Shown here: positions 60,901 to 64,000 of the stretch, piece after piece
How the letters are laid out: each line of letters opens with the position of its first letter
Numbering within the stretch: position 1 is the first letter of the stretch
Assembly: GCA_964016885.1 (NCBI GenBank)
Contig: OZ024740.1
Location: 230,702,001 to 230,766,000, forward strand
Reading direction: 5' to 3'
From: Eledone cirrhosa
Lineage: Eukaryota
DNA: 64,000 nucleotides
Translations under genes and position numbers: made by a program
Notes under the pieces: model-generated
The model's input: the letters and a program-made list of their open reading frames with translations, nothing else
Told to the model about the DNA's origin: nothing
Database searches by the model: none

Positions 60901-63900
60901 AAAAAAATGCCCTAAGAAACACTATAATGTCAATATGGCAGCCCTTCGACTTCATCAGAAGTTACAGGTCCATACCATGCCATACCATACTATACCCTAA
61001 TATTGGATTATTTTCGGCAGTCAATATACAGTGAAAACTTCTAAATCTATTTCAAACTGTTCAATTGCCACCATATTCTAATTCACAAGTGCTTATATAT
61101 TGATATTTTTTAATGTACCGGTCCAGACAAAGTAAATGAAGAAATTCTTATGAAAGTATATCTTTTATTCTATTTTTAATAATTTTTGCAAAAATGCAAA
61201 AATTAATGTGTAATCCCAGCTTAGGACACAAAAACTACCAAAAGTGGCACTGGCACTCAAAGAGTTAATATTGCGTCTCTATGGAATATTCTAATTTGTT
61301 TCACCTTGTAGTGACCCCTAGCAGTGGAACCCAGAACTCATAAGAGTTACGTCCCTTTGGGACGGTAGTGACCCCTAGTGTCACCTACAAGAAGTAATCG
61401 GAGTTACGTCTCCCATTGGAACTATATAGTGAGACCCCCAGAACATTCTTCCTCTCTTTCGCTCCTTCACTCTGATTAGCGATGTAGCAGCCCTGGAGAA
61501 TGGAGCCGATTTCACCCACGACAAGTGTGGAGGCCAATACCTCTACACCAGTGAACATGTTAAGAGCCTTCTCTCTCCAAGCACAAACTCCAGCACATAC
61601 TTTGGTCTCAATCATTCCAGCTACCTGAACATAAACAACCTATGTATTCTCCGGTAACTTATATATTGTTCTCTTTTGACTTCCACGAAGTAAACATATC
61701 TACAAAGTAAATCAGCCTTTCATGTAAATCAGCATTTCTAAAACAGTAGTAATAAAATATATATATAATACCATTCTTCTAAAACCTAAATACAAATCAT
61801 CATTACCTTTTAATGTCTATATAGGTATGTGTAGTAAATATGTATTTTTGGTTGTAGAGTTAGAATGTAGATTAGATGTAACAATAGAAGTTACCTAAGT
61901 AGCGATGGAAGTTATTGATGGATAGAATGAATATTTGTCCGTTGTTTGGTGGTTTATGTTCATTGTTGAGTTTGTAGTAGAAATTGCTGTTGGCTTGATG
62001 GGTGATTATGAATAAGGTAAAATTGTCCCTTATATAAGCGCTGTGTGAAATGCCGATGAATGAACAAATAAAACATGATCGCTATTAAAATATATTTATT
62101 AAATTAATAGCCTGTTACGAGGCTATTATTGACAATGTAATAAAAACCAGACTGGTATATATGCACGTGTGCAAAGATTCAAAAGATGGTATTTACTGTA
62201 CTTCTGCAATGAGATGATAGTCGTTTGTCTGGCAGCAAGAGAAACCAAGAGAGAAAGAGACCCACAGGGGTCTGTGTGAGATCTTTTTACTACATCTTAA
62301 CTGGTTGAAATCATTTCTGCAACTCCTTACTTTGGCTCTGCAAGACGGCTATTTATCTGTATCACTCATTCTGTCTACAGAATACGAGAATAAGCAGATA
62401 GTGGCTTCCATGTCAAAATCACAGACCCAGTGATGTCTAAAAAACGATTATAATAGGAACTTATCTATGAGGCCACAAAAGGTGAACTTTTTAGTGGCCG
62501 TTTGATAGAGCAAATGAAACTCTATTGAAGAGAGTATCAAATTACTGCTACATATGTAGATATATATGTATATGTAAGTATGTATGGTATGTCGGTATGT
62601 ATATATAGGTATGTATATATGTTGAATTACCAATCTGACAAGCAAATCAATAGTGGAGTCAGCTCTATAGCTTCTACAGATGATCTTGAGCCAAACTTCT
62701 GCAAAACACGCGTAACAGGTTGATACACAAGAAAAATCGAAATGCATGTAAATGAAACTTTGTTTTTCTTAGTTTATATAAAGTATACATATGTGTATAT
62801 ATATATATATATGTTTGTGAAGGTGTTGGAGTTACAATCATAATGTCCTTTCTGCTCAGAACAGTAGCCCTCTAGAATTCCCTCACAACTGATTGCCTAA
62901 CCTCTCAGGCCCCACACAAACCACTATTATATCCAGTCCTTTCTGCTTAGAACAGTAGCCCTCTAGAAATTCCCTCCCAACTGATTCCCTAACCTCTCAG
63001 GCCCCACAGAAACCACTATTATATCCAGTCCTTCCTGCTGAGAACAGTAGCCCTCTAGAATTCACTCTCCAGCCTATTATCTAAACTCTCAGGCCCCACA
63101 CAAACCACTATTATATCCAGTCCTTTCTGCTTAGAACAGTAGCCCTCTAGAAATTCCCTCCCAACTGATTCCCTAACCTCTCAGGCCCCACAGAAACCAC
63201 TATTATATCCAGTCCTTCCTGCTGAGAACAGTAGCCTTCTAGAATTCACTCTCCAGCCTATTATCTAAACTCTCAGGCCCCACACAAACCACTATTATAT
63301 CCAGTCCTTTCTGCTTAGAACAGTAGCCCTCTAGAAATTCCCTCCCAACTGATTCCCTAACCTCTCAGGCCCCACAGAAACCACTATTATATCCAGTCCT
63401 TCCTGCTGAGAACAGTAGCCCTCTAGAATTCACTCTCCAGCCTATTGTCTAAACTCTCAGGTCATACACTAACCATTATATCCAGTTCAGAATGATGGCC
63501 CTCTAGAACTCACTGCCAGTTCATGCCATTCCTACAGAGTTGACTTGTTTAAATAGAACATCAACAACATTGGTCTCACTGTTCTCGGAGGGTCCAGAAA
63601 AGGTCATGGCCACTGACCCTTCCATCAGACTTATCAGATAGATAAAAAAAAACAAAGAAAACAACTTGGTGATCTAACAATAAATGTAACCAGTACACTA
63701 AGTAAAATGGTTGGAGATAGGTAGGGATTCCAGCTATGGAAATCCAACTAAACAAAGGATTAAGTGGACCCTTCAGCTGTGTCAAACACATGATAAACTT
63801 TCTAGTGCTGGTACCATGATAAAATGCACCCAGTAAACTCTATAAAATAGTTGATAATTGAATGGGCATCCAGTTGTAGAAATCATGCCAATTGTGGTGG

Positions 63901-64000
63901 TGATGGTAGTGATCATCATCATCATCCTATACATGAAAGTTATAATTACTTACGCATCAATATTTTCTTTAGCATTTTCAATAGCCTTCTGAGCATCATG
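54471..64000 (-). CDS. CRAT: Carnitine O-acetyltransferase, spliced and 5'-partial: exons (minus) 64000-63954 partial, 60271-60149, 56146-55948, 55589-55452, 54689-54471
   Basis: Joins in frame to HDAQKAIENAKENIDA-MIEDVDLTITEYTKFGKDFAKSMKLSPDALVQIALQLAYYR-IYSEPCATYESGSTRRFKLGRTETIRSCT...QTHRNIIND-AISGQGIDRHLFGLKLIAIEKGMDIPNLFMDTAYATSSHHKISSSQ-VSSKFSCSMNYGPTAPDGFGICYN...QQATPVSKL*. GRTETIRS and IDRHL are carnitine-type (ChAT has VDN/DNHL). Met before xxGP matches the short-chain CrAT determinant. All introns are GT-AG. Confidence 0.93.
55452..55589 (-). CDS. CRAT: CRAT coding exon
   Basis: Minus: ttgaag|GCTATAAGTGGT...AGTAGCCAA|gtaagg; AISGQGIDRHLFGLKLIAIEKGMDIPNLFMDTAYATSSHHKISSSQ. Confidence 0.93.
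55948..56146 (-). CDS. CRAT: CRAT coding exon
   Basis: Minus: caatag|AATATACTCT...ATAAACGAT|gtaagt; IYSEPCATYESGSTRRFKLGRTETIRSCTVPSYLFTRAMDDNGVPVNEKLQFLYQAVQTHRNIIND. Confidence 0.94.
58993..59178. mobile_element. Tc1/mariner (pogo/Tigger-type) MITE
   Basis: TA|CCATATATACTCGGATATAAGCC...GGCTTATATTCATGTATATACGG|TA. Confidence 0.8.
60149..60271 (-). CDS. CRAT: CRAT coding exon
   Basis: Minus: atttag|CATGATAGAG...TATTATCG|gtaagt; MIEDVDLTITEYTKFGKDFAKSMKLSPDALVQIALQLAYY. Confidence 0.94.
60638..60995 (+). mobile_element. SINE subfamily: same tRNA head as 22352 but a longer different tail (also 6100-6250-, 10575-10905-, 24615-24950, 55075-55325, 56435-56720)
   Basis: After CTGGGGTC continues AATTCTTCCTCCATATCTCTTTCTCACTTC...CTTCTCTGGAA.AAATCTGC...CATACCAT. 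Confidence 0.75.
61307..61704. mobile_element. Possible solo LTR
   Basis: TGTAG...CTACA termini, GC-richer than flanks, internal GTAGTGACCCCTAG and GAGTTACGTC duplications, TATA-like CTATATAG; no TSD seen. Confidence 0.4.
62846..63490. repeat. 92-bp minisatellite (~7 units) with alternating A/B units (184-bp higher-order repeat)
   Basis: AGAACAGTAGCC at 62858, 62949, 63041, 63133, 63225, 63317, 63409; units alternate between CCCTCCCAACTGATT and CACTCTCCAGCCTATT variants. Confidence 0.95.
63954..64000 (-). CDS. CRAT: CRAT coding exon (cut by the window edge)
   Basis: Minus: ...CATGATGCTCAGAAGGCTATTGAAAATGCTAAAGAAAATATTGATGC|gtaagt; HDAQKAIENAKENIDA, phase matches the next exon. Confidence 0.85.

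Noticed and set aside
62846-63490. Regularly spaced repeats resembling a CRISPR array
   Set aside because: The intervening parts are themselves repeated (no unique spacers), there are no cas genes, and the context is a eukaryotic intron.
54471-64000. Choline acetyltransferase or CPT/CROT identity for the minus-strand gene
   Set aside because: TET and DRH motifs, the short-chain Met and the SKL end fit carnitine acetyltransferase.

Overview
This is AT-rich, microsatellite- and transposon-dense eukaryotic DNA. The SINE families look like those of octopod cephalopods, though the species is inferred and not proven. Two spliced genes face each other tail-to-tail. On + is DOLPP1 (dolichyldiphosphatase 1), with 7 coding exons at 2542-30502; its first coding exon lies upstream of the window and one intron needs a GC donor. 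On - are the last 5 coding exons of a carnitine O-acetyltransferase (CRAT, 54471-64000) ending in the peroxisomal signal SKL. I recall the same convergent DOLPP1/CRAT pair in human, so this is a candidate ancient microsynteny. Introns and the ~24 kb intergenic gap hold several tRNA-type SINE families, LINE fragments (RTE, RTEX-like, L1/Tx1, CRE, R4/Dong, CR1/L2-like), hAT and Tc1/mariner MITEs, TTAA MITEs and an internally deleted piggyBac. The most unusual block is 41.7-48.1 kb: a Penelope-like element (GIY-YIG, minimal hammerhead ribozyme, inverted terminal repeat), a 3-kb TA satellite, and a palindrome of two back-to-back hammerheads. No prokaryote-type system (CRISPR, operon) is present, and most ORFs in the supplied track are spurious.
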